Positions 56,820 to 64,000 of a stretch of DNA of 64,000 nucleotides are shown piece by piece. Numbering within the stretch: the stretch's first letter is position 1; the number at the start of each line of letters is the position of its first letter. The DNA is from a virus: the IMG/VR virus record IMGVR_UViG_3300032087_006189, one strand, 5' to 3'. The position numbers and the translations under genes were made by a program. The notes under the pieces were generated by a model. That model was not told the origin of the DNA. It did not search any database and worked only from the letters and a program-made list of their open reading frames with translations.

Positions 56820-57098
56820 ATGGCCCCAGAAATTGAGTGGTGCGGCGAGATTGATGTTCCTGATGACATCCTGGCAATCGCCAACAAGTACAAAAGCTCG
56901 GTCCTGTTTATGGGGGCGCTGTCCTATCACGGACACCCAAAGTACGCAGAAGAGCTGTGGGAACAGGCTTCGGAAAGCGCGCGTGACCGCATGCTTCGCG
57001 CGGGAGTCCTGAGGGAGTTCCTCAAGACTGGAGACGAGATGGAGAGGACGTACTCAAATGCGTTCTTCATGACGCAGGGCATTGACCTACGGCTCTAA
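56820..57098 (+). CDS. Hypothetical protein
   Basis: AGGAG SD before ATG 56820. Confidence 0.6.
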   Translation: MAPEIEWCGEIDVPDDILAIANKYKSSVLFMGALSYHGHPKYAEELWEQASESARDRMLRAGVLREFLKTGDEMERTYSNAFFMTQGIDLRL

Positions 57099-57122
57099 AA
57101 AACAGCCAATAAACCGCCATAA
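57096..57122 (+). promoter_or_regulatory. Conserved phage promoter
   Basis: taaa-N15-cgccataa. Confidence 0.6.
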
Positions 57123-57159
57123 TATAAATACCCAAGAGAGACATAGTAAGGAGGTCATC

Positions 57160-57633
57160 ATGGGTTTCAGCAAGAGTGACAAGCGCGCCGCCGAGACCTT
57201 CGGCGGAATCTTCACCAACGCGATGACCGCCATGGGCGAAGTCATCGCGAAGGTCCGCGACATCGACATGAACGGACTGGAAAGCTCCGACAAGAAGGAG
57301 GTGCTGCTCGGAGAGCAGCGCGCTCAGGTAGAAATCATGAAGGACACCAACGAGACCGCGATGGGAATCTTTGAGAAGGTTCTGCCGCTGGCTCTCCAGA
57401 TGGGCAACGAGGTGGCGGAGCAGAACCGGCAGCGCTCCAAGGCCCGCATGATGGAAGCAGAGGCCCGCCTCATCGAGGCACGGGCACGCGCGGCCGAGGT
57501 CGAGGTGAAGCGGCTGAATGCCCAGAGCGAGCGCCTCAAGGCGACCCGGCTCCGCGGGTGGGGCGGAGATGTCGCTCCGGACGAGGAGGAGCTTGCAGAG
57601 TACTACACGAGCAAGAAGACCGTGGAGTGCTGA
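57160..57633 (+). CDS. Coiled-coil hypothetical protein
   Basis: AAGGAGGT SD before ATG 57160. Confidence 0.65.
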   Translation: MGFSKSDKRAAETFGGIFTNAMTAMGEVIAKVRDIDMNGLESSDKKEVLLGEQRAQVEIMKDTNETAMGIFEKVLPLALQMGNEVAEQNRQRSKARMMEAEARLIEARARAAEVEVKRLNAQSERLKATRLRGWGGDVAPDEEELAEYYTSKKTVEC

Positions 57634-57642
57634 GTGAAAGGT

Positions 57643-57664
57643 GCGGGCCCCTTCGGGGGCCCGC
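57643..57664. terminator. C(UUCG)G hairpin between convergent genes
   Basis: gcgggcccc-ttcg-ggggcccgc. Confidence 0.7.
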
Positions 57665-57678
57665 CCTCCGTGGGCGAA

Positions 57679-58890
57679 CTATTTAGCTGCCTGTTGGTCC
57701 TTGTAGCGCTTGTACGCAAGTCCTGCTCCGATTCCGCCAAGCCCAAGGGCTCCACCAATCAGCAGCTTCTTACTGATCGGCGACAAGGTTCTTGACGAGG
57801 CTGCCGGAATGGATGCCGGAATGGTTCGAGGGGCCGAGGAAGAGTACTCGATTGTCCCAAGGTTGTCCGCGATCCGCGCCGCATCTGCGGCCACGCTTCG
57901 TCGCGCACGACTACGGGCACTCTCCCCCAGTATCGGCCTCAGTCCGCCTTGAGCGCGCTGCTTCCGCAGCTTATCGACAAAAGTTTCCTGCCGAACCTTT
58001 CCGCCTCGGACTTTCTTCTTTTGTCGGGAGCCGGGCTTTCCATCGCCGAAGGATTCGCGAACGCGCCGCTTGTCTGAATCCATCAGTTTAAAGATGTCGT
58101 CGGACTCCGATGCATTTGGGTAATATCCGCCGGTACCGTACATCTTTCCTTCGGCGGCCAAACGATTAAAGCGTTCTTGATCGTCAACAATGAAGTCTAC
58201 AACCTTCATGTTGCCGCTCGGAGTAATCATCATATTGCCGGGGTGGGCTACTCCGTACCTATGGAGGTAGACATCTCGAAGGTTGTAACCTCCGATGCCG
58301 TTATTCACCAGTTCTCTATTTGCACGTTCCTGGGCCTCCCGCGCAAAATTATCTGCTAGGAAGCTATCATTTCGAGTCCACTTCGGATTGTACGTTTGAG
58401 CGTTGTCGAGATCTTGTCCTTGGACATACTCCTTGAGCATGTAGCCATAGCCGCCGCGGTTTTTTCGGGCCTCCCCCTTGGTGTAGATCTTGCCAAAAGC
58501 GGAGTCCCCCTCCAAGGCCTCTCCTACGCGAACCTTCCGATCTTCTTGACCAGGGACGTAGAGCTTGCCTTGGCGATCATAGGTCTTTCGGATTGCGACT
58601 TGATCTGGCGCATCCTTTGCTCCAATGACCAAGTCTGCGATGCCTTCGGCGCCGCCCGCTATCCTCCCGCGACCCTTGCGTCGGCCCTTTCCTACTTCTC
58701 CGGGATTGACCAGAAAGGTCCCCTCTTCGGAGTTCTTCAAGACACCCGCGGCTTGGAGCTGCTGGGCAAGCTCATTGGCTTCGTCGACCTTTCCCTCTCG
58801 CAAGAGCTTGCGCAGCTCCTTGATCTGGCGAGGAGCTGCAAGTTTGCGCATTTCGGAGGCATAAGCTGTTTTGAGGAGGCCGTATTTCAT
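57679..58890 (-). CDS. Protein-kinase-like enzyme with a SEMRKLAA leader and a C-terminal transmembrane anchor
   Basis: Gly loop IAGGAEG, VAIRK, KEYVQG, D...HPGN, VVDF; C-terminus LLIGGALGLGGIGAGLAYKRYK. Start is probably MKYGLLK. Confidence 0.7.
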   Translation of the reverse strand: MKYGLLKTAYASEMRKLAAPRQIKELRKLLREGKVDEANELAQQLQAAGVLKNSEEGTFLVNPGEVGKGRRKGRGRIAGGAEGIADLVIGAKDAPDQVAIRKTYDRQGKLYVPGQEDRKVRVGEALEGDSAFGKIYTKGEARKNRGGYGYMLKEYVQGQDLDNAQTYNPKWTRNDSFLADNFAREAQERANRELVNNGIGGYNLRDVYLHRYGVAHPGNMMITPSGNMKVVDFIVDDQERFNRLAAEGKMYGTGGYYPNASESDDIFKLMDSDKRRVRESFGDGKPGSRQKKKVRGGKVRQETFVDKLRKQRAQGGLRPILGESARSRARRSVAADAARIADNLGTIEYSSSAPRTIPASIPAASSRTLSPISKKLLIGGALGLGGIGAGLAYKRYKDQQAAK

Positions 58891-59148
58891 AGGTCTTCCA
58901 GGAGGAGTGAATGGACGATTGGTACCCATTGGTCGTGATTGTATACCTTCACGACATCCCCAGCAATCCAAAGGACATCCGCAGAGAGCGGACCATGGGG
59001 ATCTTCTACATTCAGGAAATCGACGACTTTACAGAAGTTGCTGAAATCCTATCACCAGACATGGTTGAGCGCTTTGGCGGCAATCCAAATATCAAGAAGG
59101 TGACTGTATCTCGAAACAGGATGGTTCCCTTCTGGAGGGGCGACGCTC

Positions 59149-59174
59149 TAAAAGTAACGCAAAATCCGTCATAA
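59149..59174 (+). promoter_or_regulatory. Conserved phage promoter
   Basis: taaa-N14-cgtcataa followed by tatagatagcc. Confidence 0.7.
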
Positions 59175-59210
59175 TATAGATAGCCAAGGACAATACTAAG
59201 GAGGTGCCTC

Positions 59211-59600
59211 ATGGCTATCGAACAATACGAGCTTCAAGTCCGCCGTGCCCGTCGCGCGTTCCTCGCTGCTCGCGATGATCACGACCGCTGGAATCTGCCC
59301 AGCACTGAGCGCAAGCTCAAGAAGACCCGACAGGAGCTGGACTGGGCGGTGGAAGATCTCCGCCGGGCAGAGCGCCGAGCAGAGCGCCGGGAGGTGCGGG
59401 CGTACTTCTACGACCCCGCCGACAAGGAGCGGCTCATCCGCGAAGGCGAACGGGCCATGGACGAGCGTCGCCGAGAGATCTTCCGCAAGGAGGCTGCCCG
59501 GCAGAAGGGGGTCGCGGATGCCAACCTGGCCGCGGGCGCTGCCGTCGCTGGTGGCCTCGCACTGGCCGCCCTCGTCGGGTTCCTGGCGGGCGACGACTGA
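59211..59600 (+). CDS. Hypothetical protein with a C-terminal transmembrane segment
   Basis: GGAGGT SD; 129 aa. Confidence 0.65.
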   Translation: MAIEQYELQVRRARRAFLAARDDHDRWNLPSTERKLKKTRQELDWAVEDLRRAERRAERREVRAYFYDPADKERLIREGERAMDERRREIFRKEAARQKGVADANLAAGAAVAGGLALAALVGFLAGDD

Positions 59601-59603
59601 GAT

Positions 59604-59644
59604 GGGGGCCCTTCGGGGCCCCCGGCCCTTCGGGGCCAGTTTTT
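59604..59644 (+). terminator. Tandem C(UUCG)G hairpins with a T-run
   Basis: gggggccc-ttcg-gggccccc and ggccc-ttcg-gggcc followed by agttttt. Confidence 0.75.
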
Positions 59645-59668
59645 AAGTGTTGGTTTTTTGCGTCATAA
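59643..59668 (+). promoter_or_regulatory. Conserved phage promoter
   Basis: ttaa-N14-cgtcataa followed by tatagatagcc. Confidence 0.7.
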
Positions 59669-59693
59669 TATAGATAGCCACAAGGAGGTACTC

Positions 59694-59999
59694 ATGGCTA
59701 TTCCTGAATGGGTTGAAGAGATTCCTGTCGAGCATCAGCCAGCCGCGCTCGCGCTGCTGGCCGGACCTGAAGAGGTCCGAGTTCTGCTCGAGAGGGCAGC
59801 AGCAGAGCGGGAGATGGGAAAGATCAACACGGAGCCTCCAGAATGGGTTCTGCGGGCAGTTCGAGACCTGCGCCCGCTGTCCCGGAAGTTCATTGTCCGC
59901 TGCTTTGCGGAGGTCGGACTCGACTTTCCCGAAAATGACTGGACCCGGAGCCTCGGCTTCGGAGACGGCTGCAACTGGACTCCTATCATCACCAACTGA
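59694..59999 (+). CDS. Hypothetical protein
   Basis: AAGGAGGT SD. Confidence 0.65.
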   Translation: MAIPEWVEEIPVEHQPAALALLAGPEEVRVLLERAAAEREMGKINTEPPEWVLRAVRDLRPLSRKFIVRCFAEVGLDFPENDWTRSLGFGDGCNWTPIITN

Positions 60000-60008
60000 G
60001 GAAGTACG

Positions 60009-60239
60009 ATGGGCATGTTTTCGATTCGAGAGGCTCGTGAAATCAACGAGCTGAAGAAGACCCCGGAAGAGATCCCTGCGGAGGGCAGTCTCCAGTTTCT
60101 TCCATACGGCGATACCTACGCCGAATGGGAGGAGCCCAAGCCGTCCATGAGCAAGGAGGAGCTCGAGCAGGTTTATCAGAACCTGCTTGAAGCTGCGGGG
60201 ATCGCAGAAACTGCGGTTTCCGCGACAAATCGCTGGTAA
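60009..60239 (+). CDS. Hypothetical protein
   Basis: GAGG SD; followed by a hairpin at 60243-60266. Confidence 0.6.
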   Translation: MGMFSIREAREINELKKTPEEIPAEGSLQFLPYGDTYAEWEEPKPSMSKEELEQVYQNLLEAAGIAETAVSATNRW

Positions 60240-60242
60240 GGA

Positions 60243-60266
60243 TGCGGGCCCCGAAAGGGGCCCGCA
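60243..60266 (+). terminator. GNRA-capped hairpin terminator
   Basis: tgcgggcccc-gaaa-ggggcccgca. Confidence 0.6.
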
Positions 60267-60359
60267 CTCCGCAGGCGACTGCCTTAGCTCTACATAGTAG
60301 ATGGAAAAAGGGGCATTAATCGGGCATAACTGCATTGCCACATAAATATAGGAGGCAGT

Positions 60360-60905
60360 ATGCAGAGAGCACCGTATGGGTACGACCCAACGCAGAAGGT
60401 GCGGGAGTTTCGAGGTCGGGTTCGAGAGGGAAATCTCCTTCTCGCGCAGCACATTGTAGTTCCCATCAAAGAGGGGGGACTGGCCTACGGCAGCGTATCT
60501 ACGCAGTTCCTATCTCTTTACCCGGGAGTTGAGATTCCAGACCTGGAGTTCCGGCAGGCACGCACAATCGTCCTTGATCGAGAGCACGGCAGGACGGTGA
60601 CCTTCGTGTGCTTTTGGAACGACAACGTAAAGTACGACGCAAACCACATCTCAATCTGTGCGAATCGAGCAATCGTCTCGTTTAGCACCGCCTGTATGAT
60701 GGATCCTGAGCGGTTCAACATCAGGTGGCTTGATGAAGACCGGACCCTGTCTCTTCCCCTGTTCAAGGGATGCGAGGGGAGCCCACACAATGTGGCCTGC
60801 CTCGAGGTTGAGATCTGCGATACGCAGGAAAGACTGGATCGCGGCGTCATCTGTCCGTGCGAAGTCGAGATTGTAGTGCGGAACAAGGAAAGGGTTCCCT
60901 CTTAG
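60360..60905 (+). CDS. Hypothetical protein
   Basis: AGGAGG SD; promoter gaaa-N14-gggcataa at 60304-60329. Confidence 0.6.
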   Translation: MQRAPYGYDPTQKVREFRGRVREGNLLLAQHIVVPIKEGGLAYGSVSTQFLSLYPGVEIPDLEFRQARTIVLDREHGRTVTFVCFWNDNVKYDANHISICANRAIVSFSTACMMDPERFNIRWLDEDRTLSLPLFKGCEGSPHNVACLEVEICDTQERLDRGVICPCEVEIVVRNKERVPS

Positions 60906-61762
60906 AGGTAGTCCACCCCTTCAAGGTTCCGCACAAACCGCTCCTCCACTTCCTGTGGGCCCACTGGTTGCGCTCCCGCAAGAAACCTTTGGGCCCACGC
61001 CTTGGCCTTTCTGGCCTTCTCGGTGCCGCCCAAGGTCTCGTCGAGCATCTCCGGGAACTCGTCTGCAGGGATGTCCTCAATAGACTCCGCGGCGTCCAGA
61101 AGCCCGATTTGGCGCATGCGTGCTTCCAGCATCGCCGCGCGCCGTGCTTCCTGTCGGGCAGGGCTTTGTGCCCATTCGATTCCGTGCTCGTCCACCTGTC
61201 GCAGCAGGGTGGGCAGATTCGGTCTGCGCGATGGATTCAAGATTGCAATGTCGCCCTCTCCCAGTTGGTAATCCCCTCGAACACGGGCCAACATGGGTGC
61301 TCTTTTACCTGTCGCTTGGTGAACTCCGCCCAAGATGAGCTTCTGCTGGTCATCCTTGCTCAGCCTTTCGAGATTTGCGAAGATTCCTTCTGAGTCTCGA
61401 CTTGCAAAGAATCGATCTCCTGCGTCCTCGTACCCGAACCCTCTCCCGAAATAGACGTCTTTGAGTCCTGGGGGCGTGTACTGGGCGCGCTCTCCAACAC
61501 TTCCCGGGATCGCACCGTCTCGCAGGATCTTTTCCATTGCGGGGAGGCCGCCGTAGGTCGTGTCGTGAGTCAAGAAGCCGCGGTCTGTTACATATTTACT
61601 GAGAAAAGAGTCGGTTTCCGGTATTGCATCTCGGTACCCCTTGAGCAATCGACGGAACTGCGGGACCGCATCTGATTCACTGACCAGAGTCCGAAGTTTT
61701 TTGGGAATCGCTGCGAGCTTCTCAAGCTCATCTACAAAAAACTGGAATGTCGCGGTGTCCAT
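60902..61762 (-). CDS. ADP-ribosyltransferase-like protein with a VDELEKLAA leader
   Basis: Leader MDTATFQFFVDELEKLAA; LTHDT...ILRDGAI...VYFGRG matches the HxT...ILxxG...VYF ART-fold pattern. Confidence 0.5.
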   Translation of the reverse strand: MDTATFQFFVDELEKLAAIPKKLRTLVSESDAVPQFRRLLKGYRDAIPETDSFLSKYVTDRGFLTHDTTYGGLPAMEKILRDGAIPGSVGERAQYTPPGLKDVYFGRGFGYEDAGDRFFASRDSEGIFANLERLSKDDQQKLILGGVHQATGKRAPMLARVRGDYQLGEGDIAILNPSRRPNLPTLLRQVDEHGIEWAQSPARQEARRAAMLEARMRQIGLLDAAESIEDIPADEFPEMLDETLGGTEKARKAKAWAQRFLAGAQPVGPQEVEERFVRNLEGVDYL

Positions 61763-61817
61763 GCCGGCCCTCTTTGGCGCCATACTAACATGTGGGAAGA
61801 GATTCGTACTCATTTGT

Positions 61818-61843
61818 TAATTTAGGGAGTATTTCTGTCATAA
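61818..61843 (+). promoter_or_regulatory. Conserved phage promoter
   Basis: taat-N14-tgtcataa followed by tatagatagcc. Confidence 0.7.
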
Positions 61844-61877
61844 TATAGATAGCCAAGAACAACAGTTGAGGTGTTTC

Positions 61878-62207
61878 ATGGCCCATGGAGAAGCTGGAAT
61901 GTACTGGGATATGATTTGCTGTGCCTACAGCTACCAGGACACCGCCCCGGCAGCCGGGATGGAGATCGGTCGCCTCCTCTGGGAGGGGAGCGGGGCGGTG
62001 CTGTTCGTCCCAGCGACCAGCACCAGCCGGGGGCGGCTGTTCTGCTCTGGCGCCTGCCAGAGCAGCCACCTGTTCGTCTCCCACAGCCTGTCGGCGGAGA
62101 TCGTCGAGGGGCTGATCGCTGCCGCGAGGCAGCAGTGTGGAGAGGACGACTGGCAGTCGTATGTGGGGGACTTTTTCGGTGTGGCGCTGGAGCAGCGCTG
62201 CGCCTAA
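61878..62207 (+). CDS. Hypothetical protein
   Basis: GAGGTG SD. Confidence 0.55.
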   Translation: MAHGEAGMYWDMICCAYSYQDTAPAAGMEIGRLLWEGSGAVLFVPATSTSRGRLFCSGACQSSHLFVSHSLSAEIVEGLIAAARQQCGEDDWQSYVGDFFGVALEQRCA

Positions 62208-62220
62208 CCAAGGAGGTCAT

Positions 62221-62334
62221 ATGACCTGCCCAATTTGTCACGAGTTCATACTCGTCCCATTCAACAAATGCCGGTGCGACCCCGAGCGCCAGAAGCTCGC
62301 CTGGCAGAGAAAGCGGGAGAAAGAGAAGAAGTAG
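62221..62334 (+). CDS. Small Cys-containing protein (37 aa)
   Basis: AAGGAGGT SD; MTCPICHE...CRCD. Confidence 0.55.
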   Translation: MTCPICHEFILVPFNKCRCDPERQKLAWQRKREKEKK

Positions 62335-62337
62335 GGG

Positions 62338-62393
62338 AAAGCAAGTCCAGGGGGACCGCTGCTTTTTAACTTATACATTTTTGGGTCATAATA
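62338..62393 (+). repeat. Terminator-plus-promoter module, copy 1
   Basis: aaagcaagtcca..gggacc.ctgctttttaact.atacatttttgggtcataata. Confidence 0.8.
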
Positions 62394-62439
62394 ATAGTAG
62401 TGAGGAAGGATCAACACCCCCTTTCTCCCTGGAGTGAAT

Positions 62440-62826
62440 ATGTCCACTATCCGCGGAAACATCTTCATCGTCCCAAACCGAGCCTGTCAGCTTGAGGACT
62501 GGTTCGCCCAGTCCACTCGCGACAGCTTTCGCAAGAGTCTGAGCAACCTCGGGCTGAAGCCTGAAGGCAAGCTGGTTCAGGTCTGGTACACGTCGCAGGA
62601 CTGCGAAAACTGGACCAGCCACAGGTGGCCTGAAAACCCCGAGTTCTTCGGGGCGCACGGACTCCCAGAGAGGCTCCCGGAGTCCCTGCTCGAGGGAGTC
62701 AAGGAGGGCGACGAGATCTCCCTCCACTTCGGCGAGAAGACTCTCAGGCTGACGGCTACTCAGAAGAGCTACCGCTACGCGCGGTTCGGGACGTTCGAGG
62801 AGACCTTCGAGCTCGTCACCTCGTGA
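62440..62826 (+). CDS. Hypothetical protein
   Basis: GGAG SD; flanked by the duplicated module. Confidence 0.6.
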   Translation: MSTIRGNIFIVPNRACQLEDWFAQSTRDSFRKSLSNLGLKPEGKLVQVWYTSQDCENWTSHRWPENPEFFGAHGLPERLPESLLEGVKEGDEISLHFGEKTLRLTATQKSYRYARFGTFEETFELVTS

Positions 62827-62831
62827 GAGAA

Positions 62832-62889
62832 AAAGCAAGTCCACTGGGGACCTCTGCTTTTTAACTCATACATTTTTTGGGTCATAATA
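62832..62889 (+). repeat. Terminator-plus-promoter module, copy 2
   Basis: Near-identical to 62338-62393. Confidence 0.8.
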
Positions 62890-62921
62890 TAGATAGTCAA
62901 GAGCAAAACAAGGGAGGTCTC

Positions 62922-63314
62922 ATGACTATCGGAACTTACTCTGCCAGCTACACCATCAACTCTCAACTGGTCCTTCGGGACTGGTTCCACCGGAAGGAGC
63001 GCGAGCTCTTTCTGGCGGAAGGGAGGTTGGACCGCCTCACCCACAAGGCGCGGTGGGCGCCGATCGACACTCCTATGGAGGAGTGGATCGTCCTGTTCCA
63101 AGAGAGGGACGAGGCCCTGGGAAGGGTCTACCAGCTACACAACGAGCTGGACTCTCTGTACGATATCCTCACCGACAGCGGATACCGCTGTCGAATGTAC
63201 GTCGGGTGGGGGAAACACCGGCCAAAGTCGGAGGAGGAACACCGCGAGGGGCTCCTGAAGTGGATCAAGAAGAGATCTACTCCGGGGTGGGATCCATTCG
63301 GGGATGAGTACTGA
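62922..63314 (+). CDS. Hypothetical protein
   Basis: GGAGGT SD. Confidence 0.6.
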   Translation: MTIGTYSASYTINSQLVLRDWFHRKERELFLAEGRLDRLTHKARWAPIDTPMEEWIVLFQERDEALGRVYQLHNELDSLYDILTDSGYRCRMYVGWGKHRPKSEEEHREGLLKWIKKRSTPGWDPFGDEY

Positions 63315-63336
63315 GAGGGGCCTTCGGGCCCCTCTC
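63313..63336 (+). terminator. C(UUCG)G hairpin
   Basis: gagaggggcc-ttcg-ggcccctctc. Confidence 0.65.
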
Positions 63337-63357
63337 TGGGTGGGGCATTTCTTTAGC

Positions 63358-63383
63358 TAAAATATCCCAGTTTTCCGTCATAA
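63358..63383 (+). promoter_or_regulatory. Conserved phage promoter
   Basis: taaa-N14-cgtcataa. Confidence 0.7.
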
Positions 63384-63414
63384 GACCTTTGCAACCATAC
63401 AAAGGAGGTTTGCA

Positions 63415-63747
63415 TTGACGTTTCAGCAGTATCTGAAGATCCACCTTCCAGGCGCGATGAAGATGGAGAAGGGAAAGAAGCGACTCCGCAAGAAGAAGGC
63501 GAAGAAGGACTTGATTGAGCGGTGGGAACTGCTCGAGGAGGTTCGGATTCTCGAGGAGCGGAAGCGCGCCGCAATCGAGATTCTGGAGGCCGAGGGGATT
63601 CCCTACAAGCACTTGCTGAAGCCGAAGGATGACTACTTCAGCAGCTTTCTCATGGAGGCTGCGATGGAGTCTGCCATGGGTGCAATCACGGACGCATTCT
63701 GCTCCATTCCGCGACGACGCTACCCAACGCAGGTGCCAAAGTCGTAG
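63415..63747 (+). CDS. Basic hypothetical protein
   Basis: AGGAGG SD; TTG start. Confidence 0.6.
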   Translation: MTFQQYLKIHLPGAMKMEKGKKRLRKKKAKKDLIERWELLEEVRILEERKRAAIEILEAEGIPYKHLLKPKDDYFSSFLMEAAMESAMGAITDAFCSIPRRRYPTQVPKS

Positions 63748-63804
63748 GAAGCTCTCAACGAGCAGGGGGCCGTGTAGGGGCATCAGGCCCCTTTTTAGCC
63801 CATA

Positions 63805-64000
63805 TTTTCTTCATTAAGTAAAAATGGCCCCCAAAAATATCTGGCAGTGGGGTTTGCAGTAGGGAAACGCATCTCTTGTGTGTGGTGTGCGGTTTGGCGT
63901 GTGTCTCTTTCTCGTGATTTTTTCTATTAAGTAAAACAACCCGCCCACAATGTGTACCCGTGGGTGTTGTCTTTCTCCAGTTTTTTTCCATTAAGTAAAT
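63805..64000. repeat. AT-rich non-coding region with three ATTAAGTAAA direct repeats
   Basis: Copies at 63813, 63926 and 63990, each preceded by a pyrimidine/T-run. Confidence 0.7.

Noticed and set aside
59643-60452. 269-aa minus-strand ORF
   Set aside because: It is antisense to promoter- and SD-supported plus-strand genes and crosses their terminator.
1-64000. Alternative genetic code (stop-codon reassignment)
   Set aside because: Long genes are intact in the standard code, all three stop codons end coupled genes, and there is no suppressor tRNA.

Overview
This is a 64-kb fragment of a large (probably jumbo) myovirus-like dsDNA phage genome, GC-rich and using the standard genetic code. 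Positions 1-45 kb are mostly a minus-strand late region. It holds the baseplate/tail genes (a 2332-aa baseplate J-like wedge, a gp25-like protein, Ig-like proteins, a fibre, a hub with an M15-type peptidase insert, a tube-initiator-like protein and a tape-measure-like protein), a FliA/WhiG-type sigma factor, GroES and a tail-assembly-chaperone pair with a -1 frameshift site. It also holds a cluster of modular 'polyproteins' (31.8-39.1 kb) whose unrelated domains are joined by K-x-A-[A/S/G] linkers. An ATP-dependent DNA ligase lies on the plus strand. Positions 45-64 kb are mostly plus-strand accessory/early genes: 5 tRNAs, a YceI-PAS kinase-response regulator cassette, MazG-like, DUF3228 and Csx16-like genes, and many small single-gene units behind one conserved promoter (YAAA-N14-SGTCATAA). 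The endolysin in this part is on the minus strand. Three observations stand out. (1) A ~780-nt ORF-less RNA gene at 55983-56763 has its own promoter and terminator and about six pseudoknot/kissing-loop pairings. (2) A K-x-A-A tag/linker is shared by the polyproteins, a kinase-like protein, an ADP-ribosyltransferase-like protein and the sigma factor, which suggests a protease-processed, capsid-packaged cargo system. (3) It follows that an injected sigma factor might drive the early promoters. All family calls come from reading motifs by eye; no database searches were run.
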